Positions 23,866 through 37,821 of a DNA stretch of 43,297 nucleotides are shown here, piece by piece. The stretch comes from Octopus bimaculoides (taxonomy: Eukaryota): contig NC_068985.1 of NCBI RefSeq assembly GCF_001194135.2, positions 11,250,404-11,293,700 on the forward strand, read 5' to 3'. Position 1 is the first letter of the stretch; each line of letters starts with the position of its first letter. The position numbers and the translations under genes are program-made. Below the pieces are notes generated by a model. That model searched no databases. It was not told where the DNA came from and saw only the letters and a program-made list of their open reading frames with translations.

Positions 23866-25667
23866 ATCTACATTACTAGCTTTTCCTTCCTTACTAGATC
23901 AATGTCGCTCTCAGTCAGTCATTAAATTTACATGTAACTAGTAACCACTTCTTGGGCAACAAATTACTGCTGATTTCAGAAACGATTCATTTGCTCGCTG
24001 TAACGAATCATTTTTTCTCTGGTAGAAAGTTAGGTTTTTTATCGGTTGCAATGTCTAACCTATTTCTCTTCCACCAATTTTAAGCTACGAGAAATAGCTA
24101 TTTCCTTTTTATGCAATTATTAAATATTATGGACCATATTAGTCCCAGACTTTTTTTTTGAAATCTCGCTATGTTGAACTGCAGATGTGGAATGGATAAG
24201 GACTTACCTTTTGTAGATAAAATTGTTGAGTTAAATAACTTAAGACATTATAGAATCGAAATTCCGGAGAAAATTCTCCAGACGCTCAGTTGTAGAATCT
24301 ATAATCGCTGTCAATATCGAGGTTAAAGTAATTAGCTCGAAATCCCATCAATTTGGTGCATTTGACATTTCTGACCCAGATATTGTGCTGATAGAATCAA
24401 GTGAATTAAATTCTTTCCCCACCTATTAAATTCTTCTTTTTCATAATGTAGATTTCCTCTAGGTTCCCTGAAATGTCTCACGGCATGTGGGAGCTATAAG
24501 TTACTGCAATGAATATCAAATTTATACTGAGTTATATTTTCTGGAGTTGATCTCTTTTCTGTAGTATTATTATAATATACCTTTTTTTTTTTTTTCAAAT
24601 ATCTAATTTTCATATACACATCATGGCCTCGTATTTATGCTTTCTATGGCAGCAACTATCTTTCGTTTGACTATCAGAAACATCAAAGCAGGTGTCCAAA
24701 ATACTGCTCTGTTCCATATTGTATTCCATGCCTAAATAGCTTCAGAAAAAAACACGAAATGATTCTCATACAACACCGTTTCTGAAGTACGCAAGAAAAA
24801 CAAGACTTACATCAATTAGACAATAATCAACGCCCACCAAGTGGACGATGCTAGCTTTCATATAAACTGCATTTATCTTAGCTGTTTAGAAGAAAATTCG
24901 AACTTATGGAAATGCCTCATTTCCGCCGAATGAATCAATATACAAGTCTTAATATCATATAACTTCACTTCTGGTTTAATCCTTGGGTTATTTATATCTG
25001 TGCTTAACGCAGCGAGCGACGGAGCAGTTAGGGCACAAGATGAAGTGCATTTCGCCCGTGTCTTTACACAAGTCGTTTGTATTTATTAAACGTTAGCCAC
25101 AAAATGAGGACGCAGTCACCTTAGCATGTGTAAACGCACATAGGAAAAGAAAACCGATCTGTAATAAATAGCATGGGCGATGCAGTACTTAAAAAATACT
25201 ACTAAACTGCTTGCAATGGAGTGGACCTAGCGTCACCGGTCAGGAAAATTCATATAGAAATGCATTTCAATCCATATCGTCGCAACTTTTATTCGGATAT
25301 TTTTCTCTATTTAGGAATATGTTGAGATAATGCTTCAATTTTTCTAGATGATCGGGAAGTATTTCATGATTATTTAGTAGCTTTTTATAATAGATCCAAA
25401 CGAACTTCTACAGTCTCCACCAAGTAGTTCATGTCGAATCAGTCGCTGTTATTTTGTTTACATCCAGCTACACAATATTTTACATTTTGCCTCATTACTG
25501 TTAGTTTCAATTTAAATATTTTATTCGTCTCAGAAGCTTGCATTAAAGAGAGAAGAATATATTGAAGTTACTATGTTTCACTTTTGTTTTTCGAAAATTA
25601 TTTCTTCCTGATTGAGGTAGACGGCCTTAACAGTACTTTGAATACACCCTCTTAAACTCTATTTGTT

Positions 25668-26017
25668 ACAATTCCATCCTCGTAATGAATGACTTGACAG
25701 AGTTGAGCATCAGAACTTCTCTTAACCTCCCTACAGTCCAGGCCTTTGCGCACTTTGGTTTTTGGTTGTTCCGCAACCCTGAGGAAAACGTCACAAGGAG
25801 TCATTCTGAAGACATTGAGAAAGCGGAAGCTGTGACAAGGGCCATGGACACGTTCAAATTAAGAGGACTTTAATGGTGCCTCCACGAAGTGGCCGAAGCG
25901 CCAGAAGTTGAATACAGTCAGAAAAGCCTACTCTGATTCACATTATAGTTCTGTACTTCTTTGAAATTAATAATTGTTTCTTCTGAAAATGTCTAAAGAC
26001 ATCCGGAATGCCCCTCG
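25668..26017 (+). mobile_element. Mariner (Tc1/mariner) transposase C-terminal relic with right TIR
   Basis: NSILVMNDLTELSIRT; PYSPGL (YSPDL motif); FWLF..EDIEK..AVTRAMDTF..DFNGASTKW. Ends ...ggaatgcccctcg followed by TA (26018-26019). Confidence 0.8.
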
Positions 26018-26772
26018 TATGTTGATCAAACTGTTCAAGGATCTATATTTTTAAAGACGACGCTGTGTAATCTAAGGAGAAATTTTAGTGATGCGTTTTG
26101 TAGACCAAGCAACTATAAATAATTCTTCATTACATTTTTAGTATTCGACAGTCCACATTTTCTGACTATGGACGCATCCATTATCGATTCGAATTACATA
26201 ACCTTATCCATTTTTTTGATTATTGCAATAATCAAAACTTCAAATTTTATATATTCTACACCATATAACTACTTCCATATAAATACTATTTAAGTTTTCG
26301 TTGTTTTTTTTACCATTTTAGCTTTTAAAATGCCACGTCATTTTTTATAAGTTTGAATTCTCGTTCGTAAAATGTGGTACTATTTTCACTGCTAAAAACT
26401 GTTATTCTGGATTTGAAAATGAACCTCAAATTATGCATATATTAGAACTGCAAATACAATGTGTGTACCGACATGCCGTTTACTCTTCGGAGATCTTACC
26501 GATTTTAATTTAGCTACCTTCGCTTTTAGATGTTAAATTATTTCAGTGATGGTAGTTGGATGAAATAATTCGTTTACAATTACCTGCATGCACCTGTTTC
26601 AGTTAACAGAATTATCCCATTTGTAAATATTCGAAATTTCTAATTAGTTTGTGAGTTTCGTGTATAGTCTCAGTATATTTCATTCAATTTGTAATTCGTG
26701 TATAACGTCATTCACTTTCCTTCATATTGAATGGTGAGGATACGTCTGTCAGGGATCTGTTATTTCGACATA

Positions 26773-28036
26773 CCGTAAATCCTCGAGCAGAATCCGCATT
26801 TTTTCCCCAAAATTTAAAGGTCAAAATCCCTAGTGCGTACTGTATACGAGGTTAACAATGAAAGATATTTTCTAAGCAATGTCCGAGTCTCTGTTTGCTG
26901 TCCGGCAATGTTTATTAAGACGCATTTTGTGATGTCGGATTTGTAACTGATAGTGATAAATATGTAAAGGCAATTTATTTAATATTTATTTCTCACTGAC
27001 GTTATTACTGCTATTTCTTTATTTTCTGCAAACAAAGTGCACAAAACAGTCACACGTTTGCATTGTTATATATACAACAATAATAAAGGAAGTAACCGTA
27101 TATGTGTTTACAAACGAAGGACGTTATATAGACCTCCTTCACTCAAGTTGGAGAAGGGGTGCGTATTATACACAAGGTTTAGGTTTTTCAGAGGTACAGC
27201 CACCTAAAAAGCCCATGCGTATTAGGATCTTTCTGATTTAGCGGGCGCCACTTGTTTTCTTAACGAAACACTTTCAAACTTGGGACACTGGTAGAATGTG
27301 TCATTTAAAACATCTTTTACTCTGTGTTATTGAGAAAATTTTATCTTTTTAAAGTTATTTCGTGTTAAAATTGTCGTATTTCGGTAATTTAAACCAGTCA
27401 CTGACGTCTATTGAGGGGAAAACAATTACTGCTGTGGAATGTAAACAACACGTTCTAGCGGTGTAATGGAATATTTTCCCTTGAAAAAAAATAGTGCTGT
27501 TGTTTGTCAACAACGACTATCGGCGGTACTGTTATTTATGACATCGTTCGTACGTTTGTACTGGTTTTAGCCTTAGGGTTTTAGTGTTAGGGTTAGAGTT
27601 TGGCAAATATACTCGTAACCCTACCCTAACCCTAAAATCCTAAAGCTAAAACCAGTACAAAGGCACGAACGATGTCGTAAATAACAGTACTGCCGATAGT
27701 TGTTGTTGATAAACAACGGCACTAATTTTATTCGAGGGAAAGATCCCATTACACCGCTAGAACGTATTGTTTACATTCCACAGCAGTCATTGTTTTCAGC
27801 TCAATAGACGCCAGTGATTGGTTGAAATTACCGAAATACGATAACATTTAACATAAAATAACTTCGAATATAAACATTTTTCTCTGTTCTATAATACAAA
27901 ATATACAAGTATACGAAGTTTTAAAGTGTTTCGGTAGAAAACACACTAAATAAAACATAAATAAAAAGTGGCACCCGCCAAATCAGAAAGTTCTGCGTAT
28001 TATACTCAAGGGCGGACTATACTCAAGGATTTACGG
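26773..28036. mobile_element. pogo/Tigger-like non-autonomous DNA transposon (MITE), TA target duplication, carrying a nested insertion
   Basis: TIR ccgtaaatcctcgagcagaatccgc vs reverse complement ccgtaaatccttgagtatagtccgc; TA at 26771-2 and 28037-8; subterminal gcgtattatac repeats. Confidence 0.85.
27225..27993. mobile_element. ~770-bp foldback (palindromic) DNA element, Mutator/hAT-like, with 8-9 bp TSD
   Basis: Arms ~27350-27598 and ~27615-27865 are near-perfect reverse complements. Termini ctttctgatttagcgggcgccactt / aagtggcacccgccaaatcagaaag. tgcgtatta is duplicated at 27216-27224 and 27994-28002. Confidence 0.9.
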
Positions 28037-30261
28037 TATTTCTCTTTAGCAAATTGCTTGGCATTTTCTTACGCCCATTATTCCTCTATGATTTTTAATT
28101 AGTTACGAGCAGTCTGTATAATTCATGAAAGTGTTTCTGCGTTTGTCATCTATGTATTTTATACATAATATATATTTCTAGTTTTGCAATTTCCATATCC
28201 ATCCTTTCCTATATTTAAAAGAATTGAAAGAGACTAGTCCTTTTTAAGTCCGACATCAATTAATACGTTCATGACTTGATAAGTTAATTCGCCTGTGAGG
28301 AGTGTAGCATTTATACCTATTACAGATCCAGTGACTGCCCCTGCGATGTTATTATCTCTGTCCTATTCCACAATTTTATCTGATATATAAGACACTGTCC
28401 ATTATCATCATATTTGATGGTTGTTTCTTACATTTTCTTCGTATAACTTGATTCTACATATTTCATTGTAATTGGAAAATTGCATGCAAGTCTTGTGGAT
28501 GCATTTATATTTCAAAGTGCTGACGCAACCGTTGATATGATCGTAATTCTTATATGTCCGCCGCTTGATTATATATATCGTTCTATAGAGTAAGTAGCAG
28601 GTGGCTGAGTCTTTTACAGTATGCAAATAGAGCTAAATATTGATATTTATTGTTAGGACTAGCAATATGTTAATTGAAAGTTCGGGCGTGTAGATTAATA
28701 TCATTTAGCTGTTAGGTTAGGCAGAGTTCGTTATTGTGATATTTTTAAGTTCCCGGATATTGTCTACGGATGTTGCTTTCATCACGATATTGTTAAACAT
28801 CAAAGAAGCTCTCATGCACACGTACTCTTAAACTACGAAGCACTAAAGTACTCAGTAGAAACTGCCCAGTAACAACAACAACACATGCATGCAATTTAAA
28901 CAATGTGTGTAAATTGAAAAAAAACAAAAAAACTACAATAGCAAAACGTCAGAAAAATCAGGCTTTTGAAACCAACGAGAGAAAAAGCAGCAGAAGTCAC
29001 TTTACGGATAAGATCACAGCTCGTGGCGAAAGAACATTAAAGCAGAAACTAAAACAATAACCAATTACAAAAGAAAGACAAAAAACACTACAAAACAACT
29101 AAATCAATAATTCAGTCAATGATTCATCAAAGAGTTGATTAGATTATTAGTTAATTGGTTGTCTAGTTGTCGGCTAATAAATGAAATTGCAGTTAGAGAG
29201 TGTAATTTTATTTGCCACATGACATAACTAAAGTACATATGTGCTTGCGTACATATGGTATGACATGTGTAAGCGGGTGAGCACGCGCGCGTGTGTCAGT
29301 TGCGCTTTATACATACACACGTATTTTTCGACACCTAGTAATAATTAATTAGTCTATTTAAAAAGGAGAATTGGTATGTGAATTGAGATATGAATCTTTT
29401 GATGAATAGTAATAACTTTATATTCTACTTGATCTTAAGAAAGTTTTCTTTAACATGATCAAAGAATATTGATACGCTCAAATATATATTAAGTGAAGGT
29501 GAAATACATCATTTGAAGTTATTATGAATATTTAACCAGCCAGGAAGCGAAGCGTCTATAGTAACGCTTATTGTTTTTTGTCTTCATTGTAATTTACTAT
29601 ATTTTGTAGTTCAACGCAAATTAAAAAAATATTGCAGTTAAAAATCTTCATAATTTTTTTCTTTCAGGTCCCCAACTACATTATCAGATATGTCGATGGG
29701 GCAGATTTAGCTGTTATTTCACGCTTGCTTTTTTCTTTTTCTTGCTTTTTTTTATCTTGCAGTAATAGTTCAGCAAGAGTACCACAAATATAATGTTTGT
29801 TAAAATCTTATAGATGAAAGCTTACCTGTCTGTTTTAAAATTATATTATTATTGTATTAGTTACAGTCTATGGATAATGGCCATGCTTGTCATTATCTTC
29901 CTGGTAGTACGTGGATACACCAACCGTGTTAACCTCACAGGTAGAACTTCTAATAACAATCTGAAATAATGAGTCTAGCTGCGTAGGATTTGGACATATA
30001 ATACCAACCAGGATGGCGTGTACTTTTCCACAGTTTACTGCTTCTGTCACCCATCCATCAAATGTGCAATATATATATTTGCATATATTTCGTTTCCTAT
30101 ACCTATTTCGCTAGCGTTGTGGATAGCATTTTATGAAAATGCAGGCAAAATTGAAAGGTTGCCAAAAATTTTAATTTTTCTTAATTCATTATGGAAATAT
30201 CGGTTATATTGTGATAAAGGTTTCAAATTTTCCACAAGACTAGCAATTTTGGGAAAGAAGC

Positions 30262-30413
30262 CAAGTCGATTACAATGATCCCAGAGTTCAAATTGTTATT
30301 TTACTGACCCCAAACGGATGAAAGGCAAAGTTGACCCCAGTGGGATTTGAACTTAGAATATAAAGACAGACGAACTTTGTCTAAGCACTTTGTCCGACGC
30401 GTCAGCTCGCCGT
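30262..30413 (-). mobile_element. Family-A SINE (partial)
   Basis: Reverse complement: ggcgagctgac...aagttcaaatcccactggggtcaactttgcctttcatccgtttggggtc. Confidence 0.8.
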
Positions 30414-30427
30414 TTTAGTTTATTTTG

Positions 30428-30634
30428 TAATAATCGTTTCAAGTTTTGGCAAAAGAGCAGCGATTTCGGGGGAGTTTTACGTCGATGCTACTGACCAACA
30501 GGTACTTGTTTTATCGAACCCGAGAGGATGAAAGGCGAAGCCGACCTCGGCGTAATATGAACTCACAATGTAAAGACTGGCGATATAATGCAAAGCACTT
30601 TGCCCAGCGTGTTAACAATTCTTCCAGCTCACCG
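30428..30634 (-). mobile_element. Family-A SINE, head-to-tail with 30262-30413
   Basis: Reverse complement: cggtgagctggaagaattgttaacacgctgggc...gagttcatattacgccgaggtcggcttcgcctttcatcctctcggg. Confidence 0.85.
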
Positions 30635-31169
30635 ATTTAGGTTACGTTCTAATAATAATAATAATTAAAAAAAGGGAAACCAAATGAAGATTAAAAAAAA
30701 ACAAAGAGAACAAAGCAATAAGATTACACCGAAAATATTCTGTTTCGAAAAAAATATTTATTCAGTTGATAACAACAACAAGGAGTAAAACAAAGAAAAG
30801 AGATCTTTAATTGAAAAAAAAAGAATTTGACGCACGCGCATACATATGTTTCTCAGATTTTCATATATATCTTACAGGTATTTCATAAGGTATTTAAATG
30901 GACAATATAGTAATGATATTATTTTGTATTGTTTTCATATGATTCAGAAATTAGCCTTCTGGTAAATCATGTCTACCTAAGAAATACATTCTTCTTGATT
31001 CCATGAAAATTTCATGAGAATGCGTAAGCAAATATATAACAATTTGACTTCTAAAATAGATGAGGTGTTTAAAAGCTATAGAATTTATATTAACATTAAT
31101 AGTAGTATAAATATTTATATATGATCATGTGTGCGTGAGTGTGTGCGCATAGGGAGAATTTTGCGAAAT

Positions 31170-31241
31170 AATATATGTATATACATATACATGTGTATAT
31201 ATATATATATATATATAAACACATATGTATATACATGTACA

Positions 31242-31282
<41 letters not shown>

Positions 31283-31455
31283 GTATATANNNNNNNNNNN
31301 NNNNNNNNNNNNNNNNNNNNNNNNNNNNNNNNNNNNNNNNNNNNNNNNNNNNNNNNNNNNNNNNNNNNNNNNNNNNNNNNNNNNNNNNNNNNNNNNNNNN
31401 NNNNNNNNNNNNNNNNNNNNNNNNNNNNNNNNNNNNNNNNNNNNNNNNNNNNNNN

Positions 31456-31498
<43 letters not shown>

Positions 31499-31535
31499 TA
31501 TATCCATAAATGCATATATATATATATATATATAT
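31170..31535. repeat. (AT)n compound microsatellite spanning gap 31290-31455
   Basis: Direct inspection. Confidence 0.95.
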
Positions 31536-32498
31536 ATTCGTAAATTGTTTTAGCTAATTTGTTTATCCTGAAAATAAAAGTAGTGAGAAAAATGTATAAT
31601 CAAGAAAGAAAGCCAAATCATGTAGTTACATTGTATGCGATTAACATTGTACATTTTAAAATTCACAGAAATAAAATGATTATCATTTGTATTCATCTGA
31701 ATCGGGGAGTAACTTTCCATTCCCATGTACATATATGTATAAGCATGTATTTGTGTGCGTGTGCGCGTGTATGTTAATGTGTGAGTATTTATATATGTGT
31801 ATACGTATGTATGTGGATGTGTTTTATTTGTATACATTAATGTATCACTTCAAAGGGAGGCTTTCGACGAATAGTTTCATATTCAGTGTCAGAACACGTG
31901 AGAAAGTACAGTAAATATATAATTGTCTTTAAAAATGCTCTTAGTTTTTATGCACTTGCTTTGAGAGAAGTTAGCAATAAAATACATGATGCATTGCGTA
32001 TGTCTTAAAAGCTTTTTCAGTTTCTGTAATTTTCTAGTATTGATTGAAGGTCCCAGTTACTTGATGTTTTCTTACAATTGTGGATTGTTTTAAAGTATGT
32101 AACAGAAAATTAACCATCATCGATTACGACAGCCACGAACGGCGCAACCGGTCCATTTGATTTGGAGCATTATTGTGACAACATATCACAGGCGTTTCTA
32201 CAATCTAACATAATTTAACCAGCATTGGAGCGTCTGTAGCAATACTGATCTGGTGTATTGAAAGTATTGCCAGTCCACCAGGATCCCACACTTTCTCTGC
32301 CAACGCACAATTACCAAGTTTGTGTTGACACGAAACCGTGTTTAATACACCAAGATATTGGACAGCGATATCACATCCGCTAACTCTTGAGTGCAAAGCG
32401 ATATTATTACTCCCATGCACATGCTTGTGCCTGTTTTGTATACATGCATATGTGTATGAATGTAGGTATCTACACACACACACATATATGTATGTAAG

Positions 32499-32534
<36 letters not shown>

Positions 32535-32747
32535 CAAACACAAATACACATCCAAGCTTAGGTATATAGTCATTCAAAACTGTTTTCAATTGTGACTCCA
32601 TCATCGCTTTAGTGCGATCGTCAGGCTCACACTTGCTGTTGTCGCCTGGCTCTAACTTTGTACACGACAAAGCAATTTATGGTAAATATGTTTAAAACAG
32701 AGCAAACTGGAATATGTACCCCACCCACACACTGACATACAAACACA

Positions 32748-33165
32748 NNNNNNNNNNNNNNNNNNNNNNNNNNNNNNNNNNNNNNNNNNNNNNNNNNNNN
32801 NNNNNNNNNNNNNNNNNNNNNNNNNNNNNNNNNNNNNNNNNNNNNNNNNNNNNNNNNNNNNNNNNNNNNNNNNNNNNNNNNNNNNNNNNNNNNNNNNNNN
32901 NNNNNNNNNNNNNNNNNNNNNNNNNNNNNNNNNNNNNNNNNNNNNNNNNNNNNNNNNNNNNNNNNNNNNNNNNNNNNNNNNNNNNNNNNNNNNNNNNNNN
33001 NNNNNNNNNNNNNNNNNNNNNNNNNNNNNNNNNNNNNNNNNNNNNNNNNNNNNNNNNNNNNNNNNNNNNNNNNNNNNNNNNNNNNNNNNNNNNNNNNNNN
33101 NNNNNNNNNNNNNNNNNNNNNNNNNNNNNNNNNNNNNNNNNNNNNNNNNNNNNNNNNNNNNNNNN
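32748..33165. other. Assembly gap
   Basis: Run of N. Confidence 1.
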
Positions 33166-33312
33166 TATACATGCCTATAATATTTGAAAGCTATTTGTAT
33201 TTACAAGCGATAATATATATATATTTAATGTAAGAAGTACGTAGGGCAAAGCATTTGCTTAGACAGCGTCAAATTTTATTGTTTTTTCACGTACAGAATG
33301 AAATAAATATAT

Positions 33313-33317
<5 letters not shown>

Positions 33318-33377
<60 letters not shown>

Positions 33378-33667
33378 TGTATGCATACATACAAGAATAC
33401 ATTAGTTATATTTGTATATACATATGTCTCAATAATTTTGTTGAAAATACAAACACACGATCCAACATAGTTGTAACAAAACGTACACACAGCGTCATGC
33501 CAACTGTTATACTCATACACACACACTCACATACACACACATTTCTATATTCCCGTAAACATTTGAATTTATATACACGCTTGTGTTTATATATATATAT
33601 ATATGAATATATATGCATACATATATATATGTATACGTATTCATATATATTTATGTATATAGACATA

Positions 33668-33724
<57 letters not shown>
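33318..33724. repeat. (AT)n/(ATGT)n microsatellite cluster
   Basis: Direct inspection. Confidence 0.9.
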
Positions 33725-33728
<4 letters not shown>

Positions 33729-33979
33729 TTCCATGTAAAGATTTAAATAAATTACCAATGTATATATTCAATATTTATTGGGGGTTTGGGATGAGGATAT
33801 TTAAAAATGAGTTTCACTACCACTGTGGCTTGAAGTTATAAGCGGTGGAACAACAACTGTTTAGGCAACAAAAGATTTAACGCCATAAACTTCCATAATC
33901 ACCTTGCTATTGCTAAAAATAAAGGAAAACCTCACTAAACATTGACGACACATCACATTTAAACGACACATCACATTCA

Positions 33980-34012
<33 letters not shown>

Positions 34013-36496
34013 GTCATCACCATTACTATCTGATTTTCATTTTTTACCCTTTAGTTTGTTTTTGCTACTGGTCTTTTGTGTTTATTTTTCATTTTGTTCA
34101 TGTTTTTTGTTGCCGTTACTGCTACTCACATTGTTTTTGCTGTTCTTGGTATTATCATGAATTTATGTATGCCATTTCACCAGCTTCTCTCTTATATATA
34201 TATCTATCTATCTATCTATATATATATACATATATATACTGGGTTAAGTTAATATTTAGTAGTCTTTGAACTGACGTATATAATACGAGATACAATGATT
34301 TCTTTCGGTGTTATTTTTAATTTGAATAGATGGAGACTAATAATGACTAATATAATGATAACTAAATCTGCAGAATATAAATATTACATTATACTAAATT
34401 AGCAATATAGCCACAGTCTGTTGCTCCACTGGCAACATATTTTCAGCAGTTGACATTATTTCCAAAGAGGCTTGAGTTGTTACAAATTTATCGCATTGAG
34501 CAAAATTAGTTTCAATTCACTAAAATCATCGTCGCTATGATTATCAAAAAACAGGCTAGAAGACGAATGATAATCAAATCTGGTCAAGGCAAAGGAGAAA
34601 TATATGAACGACAATTATTATCATAAATTCAGTAAACAGATGTTTGTGCGAGCACTCACTATTTTATATGAATCTTGGTTATTACAGTATCAACTGTAAC
34701 GTGATTTATTGTTATCAGGTCTTCTCAGCAAAGCGAAGATTTTCAATAATTGCCATACGTAGGAGTAGTGGTTGAGAACATAGTAATATACGAAGCAAGC
34801 ATCTTGGGGTGAGATTTTAAGAGATTCCTAGGAATATCACCCATTTTAAACACATTACATGAGACACTGAATTCAGTGATGTTTACAAAATCACAACTTG
34901 GTACTTAATTTCAGATTCTTCTACGACTTAAAGTAATATTTGAAGTAATATTTGATATATTAGTTAGAAAAGGAATTTGTTTTAACTTATCTTAACTTCG
35001 TCGATCGCTGCGAAACTACATTATTTGCGAAAGAATGTAAGCTTTTGTCCCTCGGTGTCCTATCACGCATGTGACACCTTGGAGAAGCTTGCAATATTGA
35101 ACAATCCTAAAACTGCTGTCAATTCTCATTCATGTAATTATGTCTTCGCTGTTAATTAATATTGCCTTTGCAACCATATTCTTGAAGACACTATATGCAC
35201 GGATGTACATCTAAGTATACCCATATATGTATATGTACGCACACGCGCTTGTACATATATCATAATATAGATAGGTAGAAAGACATAGATACACACACAC
35301 AATGCTATATATTGTTGCTCACACATTCATCTATATAAATAATATTATAGAGTATATACCTTACATAAATACATACTAAGGTGAAATGATATATTTTTAT
35401 ATTTTCTCTCCCTGTTTCTCTCTGTCGGTCTGTCTGTCTGTCTCTCTTCCTCTTCGTCTTTCTAGCTTTTGTATCAATTCATGTAATAATCCATTTTTCA
35501 CAATTAAACGATATTTTCAATGAAATTAAATCTAATTTCTGTATTATTATCATATATTAGTCCTTGTGCAAATTTGTTTCAGATATTGAATATGATAAAC
35601 AATAATAATTGTTTAGTAAATAAATTCTTTGTTAGAAAGTGAATAAGCACTTCATTTTGCCCTGTACCAAAACTTAATGACTTGTATCTACTCTGTTACG
35701 TATCGTAAGTATTATATTTGTACTCAGTGAAAACCGTCTCAAAAAAAAAAAAAAAACAGTCCCCAAAACAATGACTACTACGTTGTTATCTCTCCTATAG
35801 ATTGATTGTCAGCACAAGTGAACTTAAATGATTTTTATGTTTAGAACAGATGACAAAATGCGTTTTTGAATAGAGAGTAATAAATCGTTTATTTTCTTGC
35901 ATTTAATTTTTTTTTATTTATATTCTTTATTCATATATGCAATTGATTCTGTATGGGCGCATTTTGACGTATATTTCACTGAGTTAAATATTTCATGTTC
36001 ATCCAGCCGAAAGCCTTCGTCTTACGCAAATAATGTAATCGCATTTTCATGGTAAAATATGTTAATTCGAAGAACATATCTACAATCAAAAAGAAAATAT
36101 AATGAATGGAATACTATTCTGAAATAGGATCTTTCTAATTGAATTTTGAACGTAGAATATATTGATCAGAAATCGATTTCCGGTAAATATATTATTACAT
36201 TATCAAATCAGATATCTAAATTCATCCATGAAAGGCACCTAATAATTCGAGCCGTACACCAGAAACATGAACAAAAATTGAAATTAATATAGCAGAATTG
36301 ATGAAATTATAGAATGGTAGCAAGTAAAATTCATACTCAGAATTAAATATAGAAAAATGCTCCATAATGCTAAATGGAAATGAGGATTATGTCTAGAGAT
36401 TTAAAAGTTGTTGCTTTTTGGGAGTGTTACTGTTTTAGTCACATTCTTCCTAGGAATATGGAACGAAATGAATTATTAGATGATTTAAGGATAAAG

Positions 36497-36776
36497 GAGT
36501 CATATAGACTCAAAACACTGGTTATGAGTCATAAGACTTCTCGAGTCATATAGACTCACAAGGGCCGGTTTCTCGGTTTCCACTGGCGTATATATTCCCC
36601 ATCTGCACGAGACGCCGGTCCGTCGTAGTATTACACATTTTTGCCAGCTGTGTGGACGGGAGCAACATGAAATGAAGTGTTATCCTCAAGAACACAACGC
36701 GTCGCTCGGTCCAGGAATGGAGACCACAATCCTACGATCATGGGTCCAACACCCTAACCACTAAGCCACGCACCTC
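36497..36776 (-). mobile_element. tRNA-derived SINE (V-SINE-like architecture) with a reiterated hairpin tail
   Basis: Minus head gaggtgcgtggcttagtggttagggtgttgg (A-box), then gttgtgttcttgaggataacact...cagctggcaaaaatg...ggaaaccgagaaaccggccc, ending in gagtc-tatat-gactc units. Confidence 0.8.
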
Positions 36777-37534
36777 CACCTTAAATAATTCAGCGTGGAG
36801 CTATTGAAGTCATACGTTAAATCAAGTGTATTGTGTGTACAATTATTTATAAAACAAAATGATGTATGATTATAAGACCCCAAAACAATATTCAACTAAA
36901 TAGTTGGAGATAACTTCGTCACAGCTTAAATATTCACTGCATTGTGGCGAGATATTTGCAAAGGTTTCTGTAAAAAAATAACGATGCGTTTTGTAAATAA
37001 TAAATGTATCTCAAGAATAAGGTATTTCTCGGTATGTAAATATATTTGGATTACTACAGAGCAAATTACTAACCTTCTGGTCCATGTCGTGTTCTATGTA
37101 TACCACTTTAGTAATATATATATATTTAAATATATCCTTAACAGTATATAATGTATTTACCAACACTGAAACAAGCCTTAGCTAGGTTTGCATATGTTCC
37201 AGTTTAGAAATATTTATATTCTGATTCGAAACTAGCATTATTTGGCCGTGGATATATGTGGAAAATGTGGTATATCATCAAAGAAACACATTACACCTAT
37301 TTAAAGATATATTACCAATCCTATATCCTAAATCGTGGATTAAGAAATGCTACTGTCGATTCCCATGGAAATAGTTATCCTCGCCTTTATTATATCTAAT
37401 ACCATTAAAACTTTGTACGTCCTTAATTTACTATCTTAAAAAATATAAAATTATTATTATTATTATTATTATTATTAGCAAATATATTCTTACATTGTAT
37501 ATGAGCGCACAGATACAAATACATAAATACATGC

Positions 37535-37587
<53 letters not shown>

Positions 37588-37821
37588 TCATATACACATA
37601 AATGTGAATCTATTTGTGATATATGTATGTGTGCATGTATAATTAAATAATTATAATGAATGAAAATTTAGTGGTTTGAGACACAGAGAATTTGCGTAAA
37701 TGCCCTCTTAGTCATGTCAGAAATGTTCATGGAACGGAGCGTTGATTTATTATACAACATATCTAGAAAAATACTTATTTAATGAGAAAATGTGAGCCCT
37801 ATTGTTTGAAAATTTCACATG

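Noticed and set aside
24200-24420. Strong minus-strand donor aag|gtaagt (~24201-24210) suggesting an exon
   Set aside because: All frames from the plausible upstream acceptors contain stops
32150-32420. Minus frame ...QYLGVL...ISIATDAPML resembling a hAT transposase TDGA motif
   Set aside because: Resemblance too weak; no HCxxH motif or TIRs; needs an HMM search
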